Below, in pieces: positions 55,513 to 64,000 of a DNA stretch of 64,000 nt. Numbering within the stretch: the first letter of the stretch is position 1; each line of letters begins with the position of its first letter. The DNA lies in assembly GCA_963762145.1 (NCBI GenBank), contig CAVXJS010000021.1, forward strand, positions 896,001 through 960,000, written 5' to 3'. A program made the translations under genes and the position numbers. This DNA is from an uncultured Candidatus Rokubacteria bacterium. GTDB taxonomy: Bacteria > Methylomirabilota > Methylomirabilia > Rokubacteriales > CSP1-6. Under the pieces are notes generated by a model. That model was not told where the DNA came from, made no database searches, and worked only from the letters and a program-made list of their open reading frames with translations.

Positions 55513-58016
55513 GCCTGCCGAATCCGCTCCCCCGCCCGCCCGACGAGCTCCGGCGACTCGAAGCGGTGTGGGCGCCCCCGCGGGGCTGGCGGCTACTCTC
55601 GTCGGTGAACAACACCTATGTCGGGCTTTTCTACATCGGGACCGCGCTCCTGTTCTTCCTGTTCGGCGGCAGCCTCGCTCTGCTGGTGCGAGCGCAGCTC
55701 GCGGTCCCGGGCAATACGCTGCTGGGGCCGGAGACCTACAACCAAGTCTTCACCATGCATGGGACCATCATGATGTTCCTGTTCGCGGTGCCCGTCGTGG
55801 AGGCCATCGCCGTCTATCTGCTGCCCAGCATGCTCGGCACCCGCGATCTCCCCTTCCCATGGCTCAGCGCCTATGCGTTCTGGGCCTATGCGCTCGGAGG
55901 CCTGGCCTTCTGTTGCTCGATCCTCTTCGCGGTGGCGCCGGACGGCGGCTGGTTCATGTACCCTCCGCTCACGAGCTATCGCTTCTCACCCACCATCAAC
56001 GCGGACTTCTGGTTGCTCGGCATCGGGTTCATCGAGATCTCGGCCATCGCGGGCGCGGTCGAGCTGGTCGTCGGGATCCTCCGGACTCGGCCCCCCGGCA
56101 TGACGCTCGGCAGGATGCCCGTGTTCGCGTGGGCCATGCTCGTCGTGGCGGGCATGGTGATCTTCGCCTTCCCGCCGATGATCCTGGGGACGCTGCTGCT
56201 CGAGCTGGAGCGGGCGTTCGGCTGGCCGTTCTTCATCGCCGAGCAAGGCGGCGACCCGCTGCTGTGGCAGCACTTGTTCTGGTTCTTCGGGCATCCGGAC
56301 GTCTACATCATCTTTCTCCCGGCCGCCGGCATCGTCTCCACGATCGTTCCCACTCTGGCCCAGACGCCGCTCGTCGGCCATCGCCTCGTGGTGGGGGCCA
56401 TGGTGGCTATGGGGGCGTTCAGCTTCGCGCTCTGGGTCCACCACATGTTCGCGGCCGGGTTGTCCGTCCATTCGATGCGCCTCTTCTCCGCGGCCAGCAT
56501 GGCCGTCGCCATCCCGAGCGGTATCCAGGTATTCGCCTGGATCGCCACGCTACGGCGGGGACGGCGCCTCCGCCTCACCACCCCGGCCCTGTTCGTTCTG
56601 GGATTCTTCTTCGTATTCACGCTGGGGGGACTCACGGGCGTCATGGTGGCCGTTCTGCCCTTTGACTGGCAGACGCACGATACCTACTTCGTGGTCGCGC
56701 ACCTGCACTACGTCCTCATCGGCGGAATGGTGTTCCCCCTCTTCGCGGCCTTCTACTACTGGGCGCCCACCGTGAGCGGGCGGCCGCTGTCAGCGGGGCT
56801 CGGCGCTTGGGTGTGCGGGCTGCTGTTCGCGGGCGTGAACCTTACGTTCTTCCCGATGCACCTGAGCGGTCTGCTCGGCATGCCGCGTCGGGTCTACACG
56901 TACCCCGCAGGGCTTCACTGGGAGTGGCCGAACCTGCTCTCGAGCCTGGGCGCGGGGCTGGTGGCCGCCGGGGTCGTGGTGTTTCTGCTCGACCTCGCGC
57001 TCCACTTGCGCGTCTCCGGAAAAGTGGACACCAATCCGTGGAACGCCTCTACGCTGGAATGGCTCCCGTTCGACGACTACGGTGCGCGCAGCATCCCGCG
57101 GGTCGAGAGTCGCGAGCCGCTCTGGGATCGGCCGGCCCTGCGCGAAGAGGTCGCCAGCGGACGGCACTACCTGCCCGGGACGGCGACCGGCGGCCGAGAA
57201 GCGCTGGTGACAAGCCCCGTCGACGCCCGCCCCCAGTACATTCTCCTCCTGCCGCGCGACGGGTGGACCCCGTTCCTCGCGGCCGCGGGGACCGCGGCGT
57301 TCTTCCTGCTGCTGACCGTGAAGCTGATGACGCCGGCCGTGATCGCCGGGGCTGTAGCTCTCGCCCTGATCCTGCGCTGGCTGTGGCGCACGGATCGGGG
57401 TCCGATAGGGCCGCCCGTCGATATCGGCGAAGGCGTGCGGGTGCCGGTGTACATCACCGGGTCCTGCTCGCACTCTTGGTGGGGCATGGTCGTGCTGATT
57501 TTGGTCGCGGGCACGACCTGGACCTCTCTTCTGTTCTCGTATTTCTATCTCTGGAGCATCGCGGTCGAGTGGCCGCCGCCGGAGCAACGGCTCCCCACAT
57601 GGGGCTGGCCCGCCACCGCGGCGGCCGCCTGGATCGCCAGCAGCGGCCTCGTGATCGCGGCGAGCCACGCCCTCGCGGCCCAAGCCACGGCCCGGTTCCG
57701 CTGGCTGCTCGCTGGCGGCACGCTGGTCATGGTCGCGGCGCTGGCGCTGGACGTCGCCGGCCACGTGCAGGCCGGCCTGGCTCCGAGCGCTCACGGGTAC
57801 GGCGCCACCGTTGCCACGGTCTCCTTGGTCCAGACGCTGTTCGTCGCGACCCTCGTGATCATGGTGGCGTACACGCTCGCCCGCTCCTGGCGGCACCTGC
57901 TGGACGCGGCCCGTCGCGTGACGTTCGACAACACGATGCTCCTCTGGCACTACGCGGTCGCCCAGGCCGCCGTCGGGCTCGTGGCGCTCAACGTGCTCCC
58001 GCGCTGGCTCGGATGA
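55509..58016 (+). CDS. ctaD: Cytochrome c oxidase subunit I fused to a subunit III-like C-terminus
   Basis: TMHG, WFFGHPDVY, WVHHM, VAHLHY, GMPRR; about 250-aa C-terminal TM extension ending LLWHY. Confidence 0.95.
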   Translation: MSLPNPLPRPPDELRRLEAVWAPPRGWRLLSSVNNTYVGLFYIGTALLFFLFGGSLALLVRAQLAVPGNTLLGPETYNQVFTMHGTIMMFLFAVPVVEAIAVYLLPSMLGTRDLPFPWLSAYAFWAYALGGLAFCCSILFAVAPDGGWFMYPPLTSYRFSPTINADFWLLGIGFIEISAIAGAVELVVGILRTRPPGMTLGRMPVFAWAMLVVAGMVIFAFPPMILGTLLLELERAFGWPFFIAEQGGDPLLWQHLFWFFGHPDVYIIFLPAAGIVSTIVPTLAQTPLVGHRLVVGAMVAMGAFSFALWVHHMFAAGLSVHSMRLFSAASMAVAIPSGIQVFAWIATLRRGRRLRLTTPALFVLGFFFVFTLGGLTGVMVAVLPFDWQTHDTYFVVAHLHYVLIGGMVFPLFAAFYYWAPTVSGRPLSAGLGAWVCGLLFAGVNLTFFPMHLSGLLGMPRRVYTYPAGLHWEWPNLLSSLGAGLVAAGVVVFLLDLALHLRVSGKVDTNPWNASTLEWLPFDDYGARSIPRVESREPLWDRPALREEVASGRHYLPGTATGGREALVTSPVDARPQYILLLPRDGWTPFLAAAGTAAFFLLLTVKLMTPAVIAGAVALALILRWLWRTDRGPIGPPVDIGEGVRVPVYITGSCSHSWWGMVVLILVAGTTWTSLLFSYFYLWSIAVEWPPPEQRLPTWGWPATAAAAWIASSGLVIAASHALAAQATARFRWLLAGGTLVMVAALALDVAGHVQAGLAPSAHGYGATVATVSLVQTLFVATLVIMVAYTLARSWRHLLDAARRVTFDNTMLLWHYAVAQAAVGLVALNVLPRWLG

Positions 58017-58342
58017 GCGGGTTTGATCGCTTCCCGCACCGCCCTCTGGCTGGTCCCGGCGTCGCACTCGTGGTCTGGGCGGTTGACTTCGCGGTGATGT
58101 ACGCGGGGACGACATTCTGGTGCGGGCACCCGGCGCTCGGCTGGATCGCGACGCTCGGTTGCGCGGCCATCGCCCTGGCGGTCTTGCTGTGCCCGCTTCG
58201 CGCGGCGTGGAGCGCTCGCGATGCAGCTGGCGACCAGGACACACAGCGCCTCGCCCGGGACGCGGCGATCGTCATCTCGCTCCTGGCCCTCATCGCCATC
58301 CTCTGGCACGGGATCGCGGTGCTCTCGCTCCCGGCCTGCTAG
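58013..58342 (+). CDS. Oxidase-associated small membrane protein
   Basis: ATGA overlap with ctaD; 3 TM segments, WAxxF..Y..C pattern, ends LPAC. Confidence 0.7.
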   Translation: MSGFDRFPHRPLAGPGVALVVWAVDFAVMYAGTTFWCGHPALGWIATLGCAAIALAVLLCPLRAAWSARDAAGDQDTQRLARDAAIVISLLALIAILWHGIAVLSLPAC

Positions 58343-58572
58343 TCGACCCCGTCTGGATCAACGATGCGTCAAAGTCGCTGTTCCTGGAGGTAGCGCCAAG
58401 GGCCGCTGCCAAGTTGGTCATCCTCGGCGCAGATGCTCCGGATCGTGCGTTGCACTTCGCGCTCTAGTTCACCGGGCTCGATCAGCCCTTGGCAGATGAA
58501 GCAAGGTTGGCGAGTGCCTTGCTGGGCGCCTGGTGGCTTGCCGAGTTCGGGCCGGCGGTGCCATAATCCGTC

Positions 58573-58902
58573 ATGGGCCGGTCGTGGTGGCTCCCGTTCC
58601 TCGTTGCGCTCACCCTCCTCGGCGGTTGCATCTCCATCAACTTTGGCCGGGCTTTCCCCTCGCCGGACCTGCCCGCGATCGTGGCCGGCCAGACCGACAA
58701 GACCGCGCTCCAGCGCATGTTTGGCGAGCCCTACCAGGTGGGGATGGACAGCGGGGACGCCACCTGGCGCTGGTTCTACGGCCGGCGCGAGGGGGGGATC
58801 GAGATCACCAAGGATCTAACAGTCCGCTTCAATGCGAACGGAACCGTCAAGTCCTACTCGTTCACGTCCAACTTCCCCGAAGACATGCAACGGCTCAAGT
58901 AG
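58573..58902 (+). CDS. Lipoprotein, SmpA/BamE-like
   Basis: Lipobox LGGC; GQTDK..FGEP..WRW..LTVRFNANGTV. Confidence 0.75.
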   Translation: MGRSWWLPFLVALTLLGGCISINFGRAFPSPDLPAIVAGQTDKTALQRMFGEPYQVGMDSGDATWRWFYGRREGGIEITKDLTVRFNANGTVKSYSFTSNFPEDMQRLK

Positions 58903-58950
58903 GGTGACGTTCGCCCTCGCGGGGCTGGTCGGCGACCGGCCGAGGATCGG

Positions 58951-60565
58951 ATGACCTGGTGGCGGAGCGCGGTGATGTACCAGATCTACCCCCGCTCGTT
59001 CCAGGACACCGACGACAACGGTGTCGGGGATCTGAGCGGCATCCGCCAGCGGTTGCCGCATCTGAGCGAGCTGGGCGTCGACGCCATCTGGATTTCGCCC
59101 ATATTCCCCTCGCCGATGGCCGATTTCGGGTACGACATCTCCGACTACACCGGGATCGATCCACTGTTCGGGTCGTTGGAGGAGTTTGACGCGCTCCTGA
59201 CCGCCGCCCACTCGCACGGCCTCAAGGTCCTGCTCGATTTGGTGCCGAATCACACCTCCGACCAGCATCCGTGGTTCCAGGAGAGCCGCTCCTCGCGCGA
59301 GAGCGCAACGCGCGACTGGTATATCTGGCGCGATCCGGCGCCGGAAGGCGGCCCCCCGAATAACTGGCTGTCAGAATTCGGCGGCAGCGCGTGGCAGTGG
59401 GACAGCCGCACCGGCCAGTACTACTATCACGCGTTCCTGGCTGCGCAGCCCGATCTGAACTGGCGCAACCTGGCGGTTCGCGATGCGATTCACGAGGTCA
59501 TGCGCTTCTGGGCTTCGCCGGGGAGTGGACGGATTCCGCCTGGACGTAATCTGGCATCTGCTCAAGGACGACCAATTCCGCGACAACCCGCTAAACCCCG
59601 GCTTTCGGCCAGGCGAGCCGCCGCATCGCGCCGTTCTCCCGCTCCATACAACGGACTTGCCCGAGGTGCACGAGGCCATCGCCGGACTTCGACGGGTGCT
59701 CGACGAGTTTCCCGACCGGGTGCTGCTCGGCGAGGTCTATCTGCCGATCGAGCGCCTCGTGACCTACTACGGTCGCGACCTCAAAGGTGCCCACCTGCCG
59801 TTCAACTTCGCGCTACTGGAAGCGCCGTGGCGGACCCGTGACATCGCGAAGCTCATCGACGACTACGAGGCGGCGCTGCCGCCGGGCGGCTGGCCAAACT
59901 GGGTGCTGGGCAACCATGATCAGCCTCGCATTGCAGGTCGTGTCGGTCCGGATCAGGCGCGTATCGCCGCCATGCTGCTCCTCACGCTGAGGGGCACGCC
60001 TACCATCTACTATGGCGACGAGATCGGAATGCCGCAGATGCTTATCCCTCCCGATCGCGTGCGTGATCCGTTCGAGCGCAACGTACCCGGCATCGGGTGT
60101 GGGCGAGACGGCGCGCGTACCCCCATGCAATGGGACGCTACACTCCACGCGGGTTTTTCCCGCGTAGAGCCGTGGCTGCCGGTGGCAACCGGGTTCGGAA
60201 GAGACAACGTCGAGCGCGAGCGGCTCGATCCTACATCCATCTACAATCTCTATCGGCAACTGATCGCCTTGCGTCGCCGGTCGCCGTCCTTGCTGATCGG
60301 CCACTACCGCCCGATCGTGGCGAACGGAGATCTGCTGTTGTTCGTCCGCGAGCACGAGACCGAGCGCATCCTGGTCGGCTTGAATCTGGGAGGGGACACT
60401 ATTGTGGTGACATTTCCTGACCAGCAGCTTCGGGGTGAGCTCGTCGTGTCCAGCGCCGGGGATCGTAACGGGACTGCGGTCCATGGCGAGATTACGCTGC
60501 GCGCAAACGAGGGAGTGGTGATGACACTCGGACCGGACGTGATGGTGCCGAGATGCATCGTCTGA
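58951..60565 (+). CDS. GH13 alpha-glucosidase/oligo-1,6-glucosidase, frameshift at 59510-59512
   Basis: YQIYPRSF, DLVPNHTS, QPDLNW, then DGFRLDV, GEV, GNHD; extra G in TGGG. Confidence 0.9.
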
Positions 60566-60667
60566 GTAGCGATGCCTGCTCGAGGTCAAGATGACGCTTG
60601 AACCGTAAAGCCCAGTCGCATGCGGTTCGGATTCGCATCGACAATGTGTGCCTCCGATCGTGGACGT

Positions 60668-61120
60668 CTACTTGCTGGGCGAACCCAGATCGATCAGGGC
60701 CAGCCCGATCTCCGGGCGCTCTCGGCGCCGGAGGTGGGGCGGGGATTCGACGAGGACCACTTCGAGGGTGGGACGTACTCGCCCCTCGAGGAGGTGACCG
60801 CCGACGGTGCTCCCGTCACGCTTGCCGAGCACCACGTGAGCGTGGACCTTGGGGTGGTCCTTCTCATCGCGGGCGATGTTTCCCGTCATGGACAGAAGCT
60901 CGACCTGCTCCTCCACGGGGAGCTTCCTGTACTCCTTACGATCGATCTCGAAGAAACCCAGCGTGGCCCGGCTGAGGGCGCCGATGGCGGTCAGATGGGC
61001 GGCGGCAATGTCGTGCTCTCTCGCGAAGCGCGTGAGGCCTTCGACTGCTTCCTCTTCCGGGTCAAAGACGAGGAGATAAGTCGTCTGGCCGGCATCGGTA
61101 TGCAACACTTTCGAGTGCAT
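60668..61120 (-). CDS. PPC/DUF296 domain protein
   Basis: AIGAL..ELLSMTGNI..HAHVVLG..GGHL..TLEV. Confidence 0.9.
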   Translation of the reverse strand: MHSKVLHTDAGQTTYLLVFDPEEEAVEGLTRFAREHDIAAAHLTAIGALSRATLGFFEIDRKEYRKLPVEEQVELLSMTGNIARDEKDHPKVHAHVVLGKRDGSTVGGHLLEGRVRPTLEVVLVESPPHLRRRERPEIGLALIDLGSPSK

Positions 61121-61244
61121 GGTCGGTTCCTCCATAATGTCCTCGGCAATGCGCTTCGATGCCCTCCCGCGACGGACGCAAGCATTGCTATGTGAAGACG
61201 CGCAGGCTGATGTCGAAATCCCGATCCGCTGACTTAAACGTGAC

Positions 61245-62900
61245 TTAAAAGCTCGTTCGGTTAGGCACGTTGTCCGGGGCACCCACGCGATACCAGCGAT
61301 GACCGTACGGCGGGAGCGTGACCGCGTGCACGCCCTTCTCGGACCGGCTGTGATCCCTGTCGAAGACGTCGACTAGGAGGTCACTGTTGTCGGTTCTGGG
61401 ATCGACGGTCAAGGATTGGCGTCGGCTCGAGAAGTTGTGGAGGGTGAGCATGGACACGCCGCGGAAGTCGTACCGGATCGCGAGCACCTCGGGGACATCG
61501 AGCCGCAGCACCGTGAAGTCACCCCACCCGAACTCGGGACACTCTTTGCGCATCCGGATCCGTCGCTCAACCCAGTTCAGCAGGGACTCCGGCTCGCGGC
61601 GCTGCTGCGCGACGTTCACCTTCTCGTAACCATAGACCACGTCGTTGATGACAGGTCGTACCGTCCGCTCTGCCCGCGAAAAGCCGCCGCGCGGCTCGTT
61701 CGTCCACTGCATCGGCGTTCGGGCGCATTCGCGCTCCTCCATGGTCAGATCATCACCCATGCCGATCTCGTCGCCGTATTGCATCATCGGGGTGCCGGGC
61801 AATGAGAACAGCAGGCTGAACGCGAGCTCGAGCCGCCGCCGGTCGTTCTTCAGCATCGGCGCTAGGCGGCGGCGGATGCCGCGGTCGTAGAGCTGCATCG
61901 ACTTGTCCGGCGCGAACTCCTTGAAGACGGCCGCGCGCTGCTCGGGCGAGAGCCGCCCGAGGTCGAGCTCGTCGTGGGACCGGAGGAAATGGACCCATTG
62001 AGCCGCGTGGGGCTTCTTCGACGTCTGCTGAAGGGCCCACGTGAGCGGCCCGATATCGCCGGTGGCAAGGGCATAGAAAAGGCGTTGGTTGACCGGGAAG
62101 TTAAGCATGAGCTGCAGCCGGTCGCCTTCCGGACCGAAGAACTCCATGCTCTCGTCAGGCGGCACGTTTGCCTCTGCAAGCATGATGGCATCGCGGCATC
62201 GCCACTGCAGGAACTGCCGGAGCTCGTGGAGGAATCCGAAGTCATGCTCCGTCGGGATCGCCACTCCCTTCTTCGCAACGATGAACGGCACGGCGTCCAT
62301 GCGGAATCCCGAGATCCCGAGCTCCAGCCAGTAGCCCATGATCTTGGTGATCTCGTGCCGCACGGATGGATGGAAGGTGTCGAGATCAGGCTGGTGGTCG
62401 TAGAAGCGGTGGAAGTACCACATGCCCGCGGTGTCGCTGAACGTCCACGTGGACTTCTGTGTGCCTGGGAAGACCATTCCCTTGTCGTAGTCATCGGGGC
62501 GCTCGTCGGACCAGACGTACCAGTCGCGGAACGGCGACCGCGGGTCAGCGCACGCCGACTGGAACCAGGGGTGCGCGTCAGAGGTGTGGTTCACGACGAA
62601 ATCGATGATGACTCGAAGCCCGAGCGCCTTCGCATGGTTCATGAACTCCACAAAGTCGCCGGGTGTGCCGTGCTTGGGATGGACCCCGTAGAAGTCGCTG
62701 ATATCGTATCCGTTGTCGCGGTTAGGCGACGGGTTGAACGGTTGTAGCCACAGGCAGGTCACGCCGAGACCCGCAAGGTATTCGAGTCTGCGGTGGAGCC
62801 CCTCGAAGTCACCGATTCCATCGCCATTCGCGTCCATGTACTTTTCAACATCCAGACAGTACAGGATCGCGTTCTTGTACCAAAGGTCGTGGACGGCCAT
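61245..62900 (-). CDS. GH13 trehalose-synthase (TreS)-like protein
   Basis: DLWYKNAILY, DFVVNHTSD.HPWF, GFRMDAVPF, LAEAN, FLRSHDEL, GIRRRLAPM. Confidence 0.9.
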   Translation of the reverse strand: MAVHDLWYKNAILYCLDVEKYMDANGDGIGDFEGLHRRLEYLAGLGVTCLWLQPFNPSPNRDNGYDISDFYGVHPKHGTPGDFVEFMNHAKALGLRVIIDFVVNHTSDAHPWFQSACADPRSPFRDWYVWSDERPDDYDKGMVFPGTQKSTWTFSDTAGMWYFHRFYDHQPDLDTFHPSVRHEITKIMGYWLELGISGFRMDAVPFIVAKKGVAIPTEHDFGFLHELRQFLQWRCRDAIMLAEANVPPDESMEFFGPEGDRLQLMLNFPVNQRLFYALATGDIGPLTWALQQTSKKPHAAQWVHFLRSHDELDLGRLSPEQRAAVFKEFAPDKSMQLYDRGIRRRLAPMLKNDRRRLELAFSLLFSLPGTPMMQYGDEIGMGDDLTMEERECARTPMQWTNEPRGGFSRAERTVRPVINDVVYGYEKVNVAQQRREPESLLNWVERRIRMRKECPEFGWGDFTVLRLDVPEVLAIRYDFRGVSMLTLHNFSSRRQSLTVDPRTDNSDLLVDVFDRDHSRSEKGVHAVTLPPYGHRWYRVGAPDNVPNRTSF

Positions 62901-63303
62901 GCTACAGACTCCCGGCGTGGAACGGGCCGCCTTCCTGGTTCGCGCTCTTCCACCTTCCCTTACTCGTACTCCAGCGCGTGCACCCGGTAGAGGTTCTCGC
63001 CCCCGTGATGAAATGTCCGGCGGCATCTCTCATAGTCCGGGCATTAAGCTCGTCGCTTGGCGGTTCCATGATAGCCCCCTCTGGTGTTCGGCTTGCACGG
63101 CGAACGGACCCCGGCAGAAATCGAAGCCGGTCACCCGTGCCTTGTCAGCTGACCGGGGAGTCCGAAGAAGACGGGACCGGTGTTCCCCGATGCCGCCATG
63201 TGAGGCGTACCCAAGTCAGAACTCCAGCAAGGGCTGTGCCTGAAGCTGCCGAAGATCAGCATCTCGTAACGGGGTTTGAGCCTCTCCTATGGTGCCGGCC
63301 GTC

Positions 63304-63495
63304 TCAATGCCGTCCCCGTACTTCCTGGTTCCGCCGATTCTGAACGATCTGCCATAGATCAGCCGTCATCTCACGGTCGCCACCATCAGCGATCGCGATG
63401 TGCTCGAGGCACAGCGAGGCCAAGAGAGCCGACTGCCCTGACGTCAGTTCCCGATTGCCGGACGCCGGCTTCGAACACACTTCACAGTTCGTCAT
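63304..63495 (-). CDS. Small CxxC...CxxH protein
   Basis: MTNCEVCSKPA...LCLEH. Confidence 0.35.
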   Translation of the reverse strand: MTNCEVCSKPASGNRELTSGQSALLASLCLEHIAIADGGDREMTADLWQIVQNRRNQEVRGRH

Positions 63496-63820
63496 CCCAT
63501 CTGGCGCCCAACGCAAGGGCTGTGCCGCGTCCCGTGCGCCTACGTCTCGAGTGGTTCTTCCAGACACTAGGGATGACTTCGCAGGGGAATTTGTTACCGG
63601 GTCGCGGTCCGATGGGCCTTGGCACCCTGGCGTCGATCCCGCGATGACCCTCTCAGGCGGGCGGCTTGACCCGGACGTAACCGATCCGCGTCCGGATCGG
63701 CCTCGAGCCTCGCGTATCAAAGCAACAGTGCCGGTAAGTATCACCGAGCAGTCTCTACCTTCCGCTCATGCATAAGAGGCAGAACTCGCTCTCTGCAATT
63801 TGATGGTGGCGGACCGATCG

Positions 63821-63836
63821 CGGCATACTCCTTGCT
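63821..63836 (+). promoter_or_regulatory. Sigma54-like promoter
   Basis: CGGCATACTCCTTGCT; target gene not identifiable inside the window. Confidence 0.4.
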
Positions 63837-64000
63837 CTGTCGGGCTTTGCTTTTGTTCGGAACTCAGTAACCGAAGCGGCGCGGGCCGCCTCAGAGAGTG
63901 ACGTGAACTTCAGAACAGCCATCGCGGTCGAACTGACAGGCTTCTTTCCCCCCTCCCCCGCGCCAGCGTGGCAGCGAACCGGCGGCAGATCGAGCAGCGG

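Noticed and set aside
1-64000. CRISPR array, integrase/transposase, prophage or rRNA
   Set aside because: No regularly spaced repeat-spacer series and no recognisable mobile-element or rRNA sequence seen by eye.

Overview
High-GC bacterial window from a diderm organism (TamB/Omp85, lipoproteins). It resembles soil lineages such as Rokubacteria/Methylomirabilota, but that is inference only. Layout: (1) 1-3.5 kb, small hypothetical genes and palindromic repeats; (2) 3.7-11.9 kb, an operon of an enlarged TamB, a 7-POTRA Omp85 and a SurA-like protein; (3) 13.5-49 kb, a stress/dormancy island resembling the mycobacterial DosR regulon (5 USP genes, 2 Rv2004c-like kinases, a CBS protein, an M50-CBS protease, a P-type ATPase) mixed with sugar-catabolic genes (gap, tal, gnd, glk, pyk, GH15) and an NhaR-type LysR regulator; (4) 49-53 kb, gene fragments (sucA, mrpA, molybdopterin oxidoreductase, pcm); (5) 53-63 kb, DUF421, a caa3-type oxidase and GH13 enzymes. 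Two signals stand out. First, a bipartite LysR-type promoter motif (17-bp box, CTAAT(A/G)G, exactly 20 nt, -10-like hexamer) heads four operons of the island, suggesting an undescribed NhaR-family dormancy regulon. Second, a DedA-rhodanese gene has an in-frame UGA at a conserved Cys position, followed by a SECIS-like hairpin: a probable selenoprotein. Several frameshifts could be assembly errors or real decay. I found no rRNA, convincing tRNA, CRISPR array or transposase. All calls come from reading motifs by eye; no database search was run.
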